Shown in pieces: positions 50,243 to 62,178 of a stretch of 64,000 bases of DNA. The translations under genes and the position numbers were made by a program. Numbering within the stretch: position 1 is the first letter of the stretch; each line of letters opens with the position of its first letter. Source of the DNA: Malacoraja senta (taxonomy: Eukaryota); contig CM075993.1 of the NCBI GenBank assembly GCA_038087875.1, forward strand, positions 7,814,001 to 7,878,000, given 5' to 3'. The notes under the pieces were generated by a model. The model saw only the letters and a list, made by a program, of their open reading frames with translations. It made no database searches and was not told the DNA's origin.

Positions 50243-52460
50243 TTTGGTCTTTTTTTGTAAGCCAACATCTGCAGTTCTTTGTATCCACAAAGTGCAGACA
50301 GTTGCTGAGAAGTTAGAGGTGGAGAGAGAGGCAAACTAATGACATCAATTGAAGTAGCAGACTAGGATAATTATAGATATATGCACATTTTAAATAAATA
50401 TTATTTTGCTGAATTTCCCATTCGACAGATGCCAGAATAGTAAAAAGAAATATTTTGTTAGCAATCTGGAACACATTGTTCAGTTTAACAAATTATTTAA
50501 GGTTGTCTCTAAAATTCCTGTAAGGCAGAACAATTTTAACATTGATTCCAGGAACAATCTTCAAAGTGATTAATGAAGTATCAGTTGCGCAAAGGCTGAG
50601 TTGAGTATACAAACTAATCGTTGATATGTACTGAGGAAGGATCTACGTTTGGAAAGTACTTAATTAACTGTAAAGAGCTGTCTGCTATTGTGAAGCAATA
50701 AATGGTGACATAAGTACAGAGACGCAGGGAACTTGCAGATGCTGGTTTACAAATGAAAACGGTGCTGGGGTAACTCAGCGGGTCAGGCAACATCTCTGGA
50801 GGTCATGGATAGGTGACTTTTCGAGTCGGGACTCTTGTTCAACCGGACTTGATTTTTCTCCATGACAATTAAGGAAGCATGCGAACTTTCATCTTTTCTA
50901 TTCCTCCTAAGTTTCTGCATGTGCATTGGTATCCTTAACTTCAATAAGAGCTTAGTGATATACAATGCACAATTCATTCTGGGTAAATGAAAGAACATCA
51001 ATTGGAACTAATGTTATTACTTTTAAACTTCCGTCCCTTGATGTTTGAACCACATAAATCTAGATTCATTGACAATCCCGTTCCGATCTTAAATGAGATC
51101 ACCACAAAATGCTTTTACTGTAGTATTTGGCCAGTAGTGTTCGCAAGCTGAGGGATGCAATGTTGGTGAAGAGTCTACTAGACTAGTCTTGCATAAAGGA
51201 GGCAACACAGTATGCATAATGATAGTGACAGCACAGTTAGCTGCTGGTCCAGCCTCTAAGCTTGCACAGACAGACCTTTGGTTATGAAAATATAATAACA
51301 TTATTGTAGTTCAGAGAGACAGCGCGGAAGCAGGCCCTTTGGGTCGAGACCCTTCTTCAGTCTGTGTGTGTGTGTGTGTCTATCTTCGATCTAAACCAGC
51401 ATCTGCAGTTTCTTTTACAAATGTGAAGTAGGACAGTATCCCAAGGCCACATTCCATGCTTGACACGCTGCTCAGGATAGTTACAGCGTAGCTCTCACTC
51501 AAAGCCAACAGTGTCTCGTACATTAAAACAACACTTTCACTGCACACTAAAACATTTTATCTCTATCTCCAATCTGACACATTGCCCAACATGATTTTTT
51601 CCCCCTATAATTATATTTTTAAATCTCACTTTAAGGAAGCATCAAGGAGATGGAGAAATCAGCATTTTGTGGTGATCTAATTTAAGATCTAAACAGGATT
51701 GTCAATGAATCCAGATTTATGTGGTTCAAATATCAGGGAACAGTGGTTTTAAAGTAATAACATTAGTTCCAACTGATGTTCTTTTATATACCGGGATGAA
51801 ATGTGCATTGTCTTATTGAAGTTAAGGATACAAATAGATTCAACAATTATTTATACGATGTATTAAAAAAAAGAACTGCAGATGCTGGTTTAAATCAAAG
51901 GAAGACATAAAATGACATATTATTTGTCTATCTCCCTAGTGAACCCACTTGCCTTTGTAATATAGATAAATATCATGTTAGCATCATGATTTGGTCCAGA
52001 GAGAAAATAAATGTTCATCATAATTCAGTATCGTTGTTTCAGATTGGTATTGTTTCACCAATAGCTCTTGAATTCTAGAGTATAACTGTAGGCTGATAAT
52101 TTGGGCATTGGTTTGAAACTGCAGTTACAGCCGGCTGTTGTGTATCTTCCTATACTTTCCCAGGGGAATAGCCAAGTTGTGGACGATTTGCAGACATCAG
52201 TCATGAGAGGCTTCAATGTGAATGCTACCTTAAAGCAGTACTCATTTCATCATTGCCGTTGGAAAGGTCGTGGTCCATTGGGATAGGAGATGGGGATGTT
52301 TCAAGGCTTGCACCAATACCCAGCAGACACATTTACGTCACAATGCAAATGTGGAACTTCAATCCCCATGCACTTGTGTACATCAGGGGCAGAAGGTGAA
52401 CGCATGCTTCCATATATGGATTTCCAGCTGTCACTGAGCCAAGGTCATATTTGCTACACG

Positions 52461-54054
52461 CAGTGCCCTCCATAATATTTGGGACAAAGACCCATCATTT
52501 ATTTATTTGCCTCTGTACTCCACAATTTGAGATTTGTAAGAGAAAAAAAATCATATGTGGTTAAAGTGCTCATTGTCAGATTTTAAGAAAAGGCCATTTA
52601 TATACATTTTGGTTTCACCATGTAGAAATTACAGCAGTGTTTATACATAGTCCCCCCCATTTCAAGGCACCATAATGTTTGGGACACAGCAATGTCATGT
52701 AAATGAAAGTAGTCATGTTTAGTATTTTGTTGCATATCCTTTGCATGCAATGACTGCTTGAAGTCTGCGATTCATGGACATCACCAGTTGCTGGGTGTCT
52801 TCTCTGGTGATGCTCTGCCAGGCCTGTATTGCAGCCATCTTTAGCTTATGCTTGTTTTGGGGGCTAGTCCCTTTCAGTTTTCTCTTCAGCATATAAAAGG
52901 CATACACAATTGGGTTCAGATCGAGTGATTGACTTGGCCACTCAAGAATTGACCATTTTTTAGCTTTGAAAAACTCCTTTGTTGCTTTAGCAGTATGTTT
53001 GGGATCATTGTCTTGCTGCAGAATGAACCGCCGGCCAATGAATTTTGAGGCATTTGTTTGAACTTGAGCAGATAGGATGTGTCTATACACTTCAGAATTC
53101 ATTATGCTACTATCATCAGCAGTTGTATCATCAACAAAGATAAGTGAGCCAGTACCTTCAGCAGCCATACATGCCCAGGCCATAACACCACCACCATCGT
53201 GTTTCACAGATGAGGTGGTATGCTTTGGATCTTGGGCAGTTCCTTCTCTGCTCCATACTTTGCTCTTGCCATCACTCTGATATAAGTTAATCTTCGTTTC
53301 ATCTGTCCACAAGACCTTTTTCCAGAACTGTGGTCGCTCTTTTAAGTACTTCTTGGCAAACTGTAACCCGGCCATCCTATTTTTGCGGCTAACCAGTGGT
53401 TTGCATCTTGCAGTGTAGCATCTGTATTTCTGTTCATGATGTCTTCTGCAGACAGTGGTCATTGACAAATCCACACCTGACTCCTGAAGAGTGTTTCTGT
53501 TCTGTCGGACAGGTGTTTGGGGATTTTTCTTTATTATAGAGAGAATTCTTCTGTCATCAGCTGTGGGGGTGTTCCTTGGCCTGCCAGTCCCTTTGTGATT
53601 AGTAAGCTCACCAGTGCTCTCTTTCTTCTTAATGATGTTCCAAACAGTTGATTTTGGGAAGCTTAAGGTTTGGCTGATGTCTCTAACAGTTTTATTCTTG
53701 TTTCTCAGTCTCATAATGGCTTCTTTGACTTTCATTGGCACAACTTTGGTCCTCATGTTGATAAACAGCAATAAAAGTTTCCAAAGGTGATGGAAAGACT
53801 GGAGGAAAGACGAGGTGCTGAGAGCTCTCTTATACCAGCATTAAGGAGGCAATTAAACACACCTGAGCAATTACAAACACATGTGGAGCCATGTGTCCCA
53901 AATATTATGGTGCCCTGAAATGGGTGGACTATGTATAAACACAGTTGTATTTCTGACAATGTGCACTTTAACCACATGTGATTTTTTCTATTACAAATCT
54001 CAAATTGTGTACAGAGGCAAATAAATAAATGATGGGTCTTTGTCCCAAACACTG
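52461..54054 (-). mobile_element. Full-length Tc1-family DNA transposon of IR/DR type (about 1.6 kb)
   Basis: Long inverted repeats 52461-52688 and 53892-54054 (cagtg...cactg followed by TA at 54055). The left IR has two direct repeats (cataat[a/g]tttgggaca at 52471 and 52671). Encloses a transposase ORF. Confidence 0.93.
52719..53756 (-). pseudogene. Tc1 transposase, open frame of 345 aa from ATG 53756, with catalytic Glu replaced by Val
   Basis: N-terminal HTH with GRPR motif, WTDETK (D1), QQDNDPKH (D2), and SLDLNPIV where SPDLNPIE is expected; 34 residues lie between D2 and this position. Confidence 0.88.
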
Positions 54055-55714
54055 TAGGTGGAGAAGTGCCATTCTTAGCAAAACATTCACAGTGCAGATT
54101 CTTTGTGGTTCATCGTACTTCAACTAAGCTCCTATGAATTGAATCTGGATCTGTGCAAAACTGAGTGGATGGATTGGGGAATTGCCCATTCAAGTCTGGA
54201 AACGACACTGCTTTAGGTTAAAGGACAGCAGGGTGCTGGAGTAACTCTGCAGGTCAGGTAGCATCCCTGGAGAAGTCTGAAGAAGGGTCTCGACCCAAAA
54301 CGTCATTTATTCTTTTTCTCCAAAGATGCCGTGTTCTCCCTGTGGCCGCGCGGGTTCTCTAAGGGTACTCCGGTTTCCTCCTACATTCCAAAGATTTGCA
54401 GATTAATTGGCTTCGATACAAGTTGTAAATTGTCCCTCGTGTGTCGGGTGATGTTAGTGTTCATGGTGAATGCTGGTTGGAGTGGACTCGATGGGTCAAA
54501 CGGCCTGTTTCTGCGCTGTATCTCTAAAGTCTAAATCTAGTATATGTTTGCATCCTCCAGTCATTGCATTTTGCTGCACCTTACTGTACCCAGAAGACAT
54601 TGATCAGGTACCCCAAATTTCAATCCTGCCCTGCCTTACTCTTTGACTCTTTTCTTGATATAGTAGGTTCAATATTCATTCTGAATAAACTGAATAAAGT
54701 TTTTGAATTCTTTATAACTGGGAAGGCTACTTGTATAGACTGTTGTTGCTTTTAGACATATTCAAACACACTGCAGACAGTTAGGAATGTATTTTGTAAG
54801 GGGCTGGTGTCTTGCATGGCTCCTGCATGCCTAGTCTTTCAATGAAGGCAGCTTTTGTGCAGCTTGCGCTTGGGTGGATTCAAATCAAGCAGGTTATTGA
54901 CATTGCCTTTCTCTCCAAGGGGGTAGAAGAAAAAGCTGGAAATAGCTCTGTCTGCAGGGAAGTGCAGTGAATGGCGTTACTCAGCACTGAAAATCACCCA
55001 TTCTGTACCGGTGCTGATTTGGAAATGCAGCGTGATGGGAAGTGGCAGGCGTGACCAGATCTGACGATATAGTCACTGCACGTCATTACTTTCCCTGCAG
55101 CATGGCACCTAATCACACAAGCTAATGCGGCAGATGAAATGATGTCAAGTGTTTGAAATTAGCAGGAATATACATGTCCAAGAAAGTAAGTATACAATAG
55201 AACAGGCAGCAGGCCCATTTTGAAGCCTGTCCCTTAGATTGCATCTGTGCACTGCCTCTCATGCTTCCCTGTAACTAAAGTGGGCCAGGCAGCACCTCTG
55301 GAGAACATGGATAGGCAACATTTTAGGTCTGGATCCTCCTTCAGTCTGAAGAAGGGTCCTGAAGTGAAATGTCGCCTGTCCATGTTCTCCAGAGTTGTTG
55401 CCTGACCCTCTGAATTACTCCAGCACTTTGTGTTTTACTTAATAAGCACAACACTGTCCTACATTTTGAATGCCTTGTGCTAATTTAAGACCAAATTGTA
55501 AGAGGTTTAGTTACATTGCTGTATTACTGTATCTATGCAAAGTCTCCCTGATTGAGATGTAATGTTAAACTTTTAGCATTAAATTTTAATTGGGATGCAC
55601 ATATTGCAGGAACAGTAGTAGATATTTAATCTTCGCCCCTCCAGTGCTGCAATTCTCTTATTTTAATTAATTTAAAAAGAAAATCAACTTGCCATTCTCA
55701 ATTAGGACGTGTGT

Positions 55715-55736
55715 GGGGGGGGGGGGGGGGGGGGGG
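55715..55736 (+). repeat. Poly-G run (22 nt)
   Basis: Direct reading. Confidence 0.9.
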
Positions 55737-56637
55737 TAGTAATTGGAGACTTTCTTTCATGGGCTGATAGAATCTAGTTCCGGCAAATCTCCTACTTGAT
55801 CGCTACAATTTAATGTAAATTGTTTGGAAAAATGCCCTTTATGCAGCCTTCGTGGGTTTGAAGAGAGTGAATCAGAACGTCTAATTCAATTTCCTTCATC
55901 TTAAAGCGAGCAAATTTCAGTGAGGCCTTGTTGGACATATCTAAGTCAGCACATTCCACCTGAAGAATGCGTGGAGCATTTTCTAATCATTGTGAAGAAT
56001 ATGCAGACATTTACTTTCAAGGGCAATGTAGCTTTAATTTTCTTTACATGACAAAAAAAAAATGAAGTGCCTTTGCACAAAATAATTCCCATCCGGTTCC
56101 TTAGAGGTTTAGGTGTGATGTTAACTTTCCATTTTCCAGATCAAACTAGTACTTGTTTGGAGCTGTTTAAGATAAAATGGTAGCCTTGTGAATTAATTTT
56201 TCAATTAATTAATAAGCTAATCAATCAACAAATTAATTAATAAATAAATAAATCTGCCGATCTGATTAATAAAGCCTCACCCGCTGAGTTTCTCCAGCAT
56301 TTTTGTCTACCTACGATTTTGCAGCATCTGCAGTTTTTTCCTAAACAAACTGGGAATGAATTTCTTCCCTTTTCCTCAGCCCCTTTGTTGCACCAATCTT
56401 TCCCTGTTCATTATCTACTTCAAGTTAATTATTTCTGGGTATGATTTCGCTGGCTTTCATCAGCTTCTGGACGCTACTATGCAAGCAGGTGTTTTGACAA
56501 TATAATTTAATGGAATCAATTCATTGTTCCTCTCAAGATACCCAAACGCTTGTCGGTAAAGGAGAACATAAGTGTGCTGCTATTTGGATCTGATTTCCAC
56601 TTCCTCATTCCGAAATAACAAAAGTGTAAAAAGAACA

Positions 56638-57135
56638 GGTGGCGTAGTGGTAGAGCTACTGCCTTGCAGCGCCAGAGACCCGGGTTTGATCCTGACTACG
56701 GGTGCTGTCTGTATGGAGTTTGTATGTTCTCCGCGTGGGTTTTCTCCGAGATCTTCCGTTTCCACCTACACTCCAAAGATGTACAGGTTTGTAGGTTAAT
56801 TGGCTTGATATAAATGTGCAATTGTCCCTAGTGTGTGTAGGGTAGTGTTAACGGGCAAGGATCGCTAGTCGGTGCAGACTCGGTGGGTTGAAGTGCCTGT
56901 TTCCGCGCTGCATTGACCCGTACACTAACACTATCCTACACACTAGGGACAATTTTTCTGAAGCAAATTAACCTACAAACCTGTAAGTCTTTCGAGTGTG
57001 GGAGGAAACCAGAAAACCCACGCAGTCACAGGGAGAACGTACAAACTCCGTACAGACAGCACTTGTAGTCGGATCGAACCCAGGTCTCTGGCGCTGTAAG
57101 GCAGCAACTTTACCGCTGCGCCACCGTACCGCCCT
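56638..57135. mobile_element. Two tRNA SINEs in inverted tail-to-tail arrangement
   Basis: Plus copy at about 56638-56910 and minus copy at about 56918-57135. Confidence 0.85.
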
Positions 57136-58204
57136 TAAACTTACTTAGTTGGTGATACAGCAGTAAGTGCTCAGTTGATCAAACAGCTTCTGCAGAGAAA
57201 GAAAGATGTTTCAGTTCAATGATTCCCATCAGAACCTGTAAACTACCATGGCCAGCCAGTAGTTTCTGACCCTGGTGTTTTATAGTTGCCTTCAGTGAGC
57301 TTCTGTGTTCTGTTTTCACTAATGATGGTTGGGTTCCCAGCATTAGTTAAACCTGCCAACCTGAAATGAGCCATTTATTGCAATGTTTAAGAAGGAACTG
57401 CAGATGCTGGAAAATCAAAGGTAGACAAAAATGCTGGAGAAACTCAGCGGGTGAGGCAGCATCAATGGTGCGAAGGAAATAGGCAACGTTTCGGGTCAAA
57501 ACCCTTCTTCAGACAATTATTTTCAGCTAGTCGTCAGTCATGCCAATATATCGCCCTCAGTGTCATGAGCTCTTACCATGTGCAACAAAGCAAAATAAAA
57601 TGAGAACCTTGTCCTGCTGGACAAGCTGCCAACCAAGGTTAACCTGATTTAGGTAGGAGGCAAGTAAGGCTACGGGGTCAAATATTTCAAAATGACAAGG
57701 TGTGATTTGGAATGTGTTGCCTTAAGGGGTGTTGATAGCAACTGAGATAACAACACACGGTGTGAAAATAGATAAATATTGCAGGACCGCATAAAAGAGG
57801 AAGGGAGCAGTACTGAGACGACTTGCTTTACTTAATGGTGAATAATGAACCTAATGTAGTGATATTAATACTCTTAGATCGGAAATGAGATAAAGAAGAA
57901 ACACAATGGTTATGCTCAATCACCTCTGTGTTCCCCACTCAACAGGCCTAGCTGGGATTGGCAAACTCCCATGTCCACATGCCCTCCCATCCCTTCACTG
58001 AGGTGAATGTGCAGCTCATTGCAGAAGCAAAAAAACTGTAGAGGCTGCTTTACAAAAACACACAATGTCAAAGTGACCCTTGATTAACAAATGAAATGAT
58101 TTTCAGTCAGGCAAATGGTTTTGTATGGAGACACAAGGAACTACAGATGCTGGAGTCTTGACAGAAACCCAGTGCTGGAGGGTCTTGACCTGAAACTTGA
58201 CCTT

Positions 58205-58588
58205 GGATCTTATACAAACATATAAAATTATAAAAGGACTTGGACAAGCTAGATGCAGGAAAAATGTTCCCAATGTTGGGCGAGTCCAGAACCAGGGGCC
58301 ACAGTCTTAGAATAAAGGGGAGGTCATTTAAGACTGAGGTGAGAAAAAACGTTTTCACCCAGAGAGTTGTGAATTTGTGGAATTCCCTGCCACAGAGGGC
58401 AGTGGAGGCCAAGTCACTGGATGGATTTAAGAGAGAGTTAGATAGAGCTCTAGGGGCTAGTGGAGTCAAGGGATATGGGGTGAAGGCAGGCACGGGTTAT
58501 TGATAGGGGATGATCAGCCATGATCACAATGGATAGCTGGCTCGAAGGGCCGAATGGCCTCCTCCTGCACCTATTTTCTATGTTTCTA
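58205..58588 (+). mobile_element. CR1 LINE 3' end inserted into an old Penelope terminal-repeat palindrome
   Basis: DKLDAGKMFPMLGESRTRGHSLRIKG...; the host repeat continues on both sides (58130-58200 and 58589-58650). Confidence 0.85.
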
Positions 58589-59926
58589 TGAAACATCGCC
58601 TGTCCATTCCCTCCACAGATGCTGCCTGCCTCGCCAAGTTCCTCCAGCATTTCATGTATTTATTTGAAATAGTTTTATATTCTGATACCTGATGGTGAAC
58701 CTCTCACAAGGTTTACAAAAAAAGTTACAAAGTGCTGAAGTAACTCCGTGAGGTCAAGCTGCATCCCTGGAGAACATGAAAGTGATGTTTTGGGTCGGGA
58801 CCCTTCTTGAGGCTTGGTCAGTGTAAGGCACTGGAGAGAGAAAAGCAGAGTTAAAATGTCTGGCAACAGAAATGCCCGGTTCTGATGCAGACGGATAACG
58901 CCAGTTATCTGAAGTTGGAGCGTGGGGAAGCTGGAGAAGGCGTTTCCGTGCCCAGACGGAGGGTGAGAAGCTGATCCACAGGCTTGAATTGTCTCCGTGT
59001 AGGAGGCCCTGACGGGTCAGAGTGAGATGGAGCTTTGAAGTGTAAGAAGGAACTGGAGATAGACACAAAAAGCAGGAGTAACTCAGCGGGACAGAAGGAA
59101 GGGGTGACGTTTCGGGTCGGGACACTGGGTCACTCCGCTGAGTTACTCCAGCACTTTGTGTCGACACCAGCTACTGTATCGTTTCAGCTGCTGTTCAAGT
59201 TTCATCATACTCGGCAACTTCCAGAAGTCATTATTCCTGAGTATGTACAATTCAAAAAGACGGCTTGAACAATGTAGATGGCTTCAGCTGTTGATCACTG
59301 ATTACAGTCGTGGGATTGTGTAGTTTTTAATCAAACTTTTGTGACCCACTGCATAAATGTATTACGTTTTTGGCTGTACTCCATCTTGCATCCATTGTTG
59401 ACTCTGACCAAGTGACTACAGTTCACAATGGAGGCATGTTTTCAATTTCCCGTCAAATCTTTGGTCATGGGTTTGCTACCTGTTACAATCGGAAACACCT
59501 AGCCGTGGCCTTTTGATTATCAACGTTTGATTATCAAATTAAATTATCTTCAGTCAGGCAAATAATTTTGTATGGAGACACAAGGAACTGCTGATCCTGA
59601 AGTTTTGACCAAAACTCGGTGCTGGAGGCTTTCAACCTGAAACATCACCTGTTCGTTCCCTCCATAGATGCTGCCTGACCCGCTGAGTTCCTCCACACTT
59701 TGTGTTTTTGCTTGAAATAGTTTTTGTTTCTTACCTGTTTCTGAACCCCTCTTCTGTGCCTTCATGTCCAAATACAAACACTCCTCGGTTCTCTTCCCAG
59801 CCTCTCCTTTTGCATAAACTTCAACCAGAAATCTTCTCTCTTTGTTTTGGGCAAATCATGTTCATTTGTTACTCCTCATTTTGCTACCTTAAACAGGATT
59901 CTGACCTCACAGCACCTCCATTCTAA

Positions 59927-60254
59927 TGGCCCTGTCCCACTGTACGAGTTCATTCCAAGAGCTCTCCTGAGTTTGCCCTGATTCGAACTCGGAGATTTAC
60001 AGTAATGGCCGCTCGTTGGTACTCGAGGCTCTCGTGGACATTTTCCAACGTTGAAAAATCTTCACGAGTCTTCCCGAGCTTACCTGCCGTTAGCGAGTCT
60101 TCCCGAGTACCTGCAGTTAGCGTTACGAGCCGCTAAGAGACGTCCCCGAGCTCCGACATACCCGCTACGTTCATTCTCCGTGCTTACCACAAGTTTGATT
60201 TTTTTAAAACTCTGGAGAGCTCTTGGAATGAACTCGTACCGTGGGACAGGGCCA
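59927..60254. mobile_element. Harbinger-type MITE
   Basis: 41-bp TIR tggccctgtcccac[t/g]gtacgagttcattccaagagctctcc; flanks TAA/TTA. Confidence 0.82.
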
Positions 60255-60482
60255 TTACGTTGTAATCCTTATGTTTGAATGACGCCCTGCCATTTTCAGT
60301 TTGGCTGTAGTCAAGTCACAGGAAGATTCATTCTTTCACTCTATGAGATCATTAAATACGTTCTGACACCCTAGCCACTTGTGCACGCATACTGCTTGCA
60401 ATTTAGCTTCTGTGTTGATCATATTTTTTATACATTGCCTGCAAACCACCTCTCAAGAATGAGAAAGGCACTTAAAGTAAAA

Positions 60483-60675
60483 CGGCGGTGCAGCGGTAGA
60501 GTTGCTGCCTTACAGCGCCAGAGACCCGGGTTCAATCCTGACTACGGGTGCTGTCTGTACGTAGTTTGTGACCACGTGGGTTTTCTCCGAGTGCTCTGGT
60601 GTGTATGGGGATCGCTGGTCGGCGCAGACTCAGTGGGCCGAAGGGCCTGTTTCCATGCTGTATCTCTAAACTAAA
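60483..60675 (+). mobile_element. tRNA SINE (HE1-like), internally deleted
   Basis: Family match. Confidence 0.8.
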
Positions 60676-60695
60676 GTAGATGAAAACATTAATCC

Positions 60696-61080
60696 GACAC
60701 AAAATGCTGGAGTAACTCAGCGGGTCAGGCAGCATCTCTAGAGAACATGGATAGGTGACATTTCAGGTCGGGACCCTTCTTCAGACAACCTTCTTCTGTA
60801 CGTATCCATGTTCTCTAGAGATGCTGCCTGACCCGCTGAGTTCCTCCAGTACTTTGTGTTTAAGAAGGAACTGCAGATGCTGGAAAATCGAAGGTAGACA
60901 AAAATGCTGGAGAAACTCAGCGGGTGAGGCAGCATCTATGGAGCGAAGGAAATAGGCAACGTTTCGGGTCGAGACCCTTCTTCAGACTGAAGAAGGGTTT
61001 CGGCCCGAAACGTTGCCTATTTCTTTCGCTCCATAGATGCTGCCTCACCCGCTGAGTTTCTCCGGTACTTTGTGTCTTTT
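60696..61080. mobile_element. Nested fold-back Penelope terminal-repeat elements
   Basis: Older palindrome 60696-60859 interrupted near its end by a younger palindrome 60860-61064, with TSD gtactttgtgt. Confidence 0.8.
60958..61014. ncRNA. Two back-to-back hammerhead cores, one per strand
   Basis: 60958-60985 on minus (loop II CUCG) and 60987-61014 on plus (loop II UUCG); both end GAAACGUU. Confidence 0.6.
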
Positions 61081-61199
61081 TGTGTAAAGACAGGGAGAGA
61101 GTGTGGAAACCATGCCCCAGTGGCTAGAAATAGAGCACTGCAATCGATACGCAGTTAACGGGATGCCAGCATGTTGGGGACCCTGACTATTGATTCATT

Positions 61200-61490
61200 T
61201 TTAGTTCAGAGATACAGTACAAAAACAGGCCCTTTGGCCCACCGAGGCTGTGCCGACCAGCGCTCCCCGCACACTAGCAGAATCCTATACTTTAGGGACA
61301 ATTTACAATTTTATGGAACCCAATTAACCTGTGAACCTATACGTCTTTATGGAGTGTGGGAGGAAACCGGAACACCCAGAGAAAACCCACGCAGTCACAG
61401 GGAGAACGTACAGCCAGCACCCGTAGTCAGGATTGAACCTGGGTCTCTGGTGCTGTAAGGCAGCAACTCTACCGCTGCGTCACTGTGCTG
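61200..61490 (-). mobile_element. tRNA SINE (HE1-like)
   Basis: Family match. Confidence 0.85.
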
Positions 61491-61889
61491 CTTGGTGAAG
61501 CTTTATCCCGGGTTCAGTGATCACTAGTTACTGTGGGAAGTCACTCAGTGCCTTGAGTATTGGAGATTTACTGTAGATGGAAATCTTTCTCTATTAAAGT
61601 AAAACACTGTGGATGCCGAAAATCAGCTCAATGGTACATTTGATCAATATTTGCCCGAAATTGAATTTATTTTCGTTATGCAAATCGTTATGGTAAAGAA
61701 TATGTGGCACTGGGATTGAATCTACGAGGAGAGGAAGTGTTGGATCTCGACCATCCGCTCACTTTGATTTCCTCCCAGATGCTGTGTATGAATTCCATGT
61801 GATCTGGACTTTGATAAAACCAGAAGCAATTAAATGTTGCAGGCTGGGACATAACAAAGGCAGAACTTGGATTAAACCAATTTAACTGT

Positions 61890-62178
61890 GGGCGGCATGA
61901 TGGCGCAGCGGTAGAGTTCCTGCCTTTCGGCGCCAGCGACCCGGGTTCGATCCCGTCTACGGGTGCTGTGCTGTACGTTCTCCCAGTGACCGCGTGGGTT
62001 TTCTCCGAGATCTTCGGTTTCCTCCCACACTCCAAAGACGTACAGAGTTGTAGGTTGATTGGCTTTGAGTAAATATATATTGTCCCTAGTGTGTGTAGGA
62101 TAGCGTTAATACGTGGGGATCGCCGGTTGCCGCGGACTTAGTGGGCCGAAGGGCCTGTTTCCGCGCCAACTAAACTAA
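61890..62178 (+). mobile_element. tRNA SINE (HE1-like)
   Basis: Family match with intact B-box ggttcgatcc. Confidence 0.85.
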
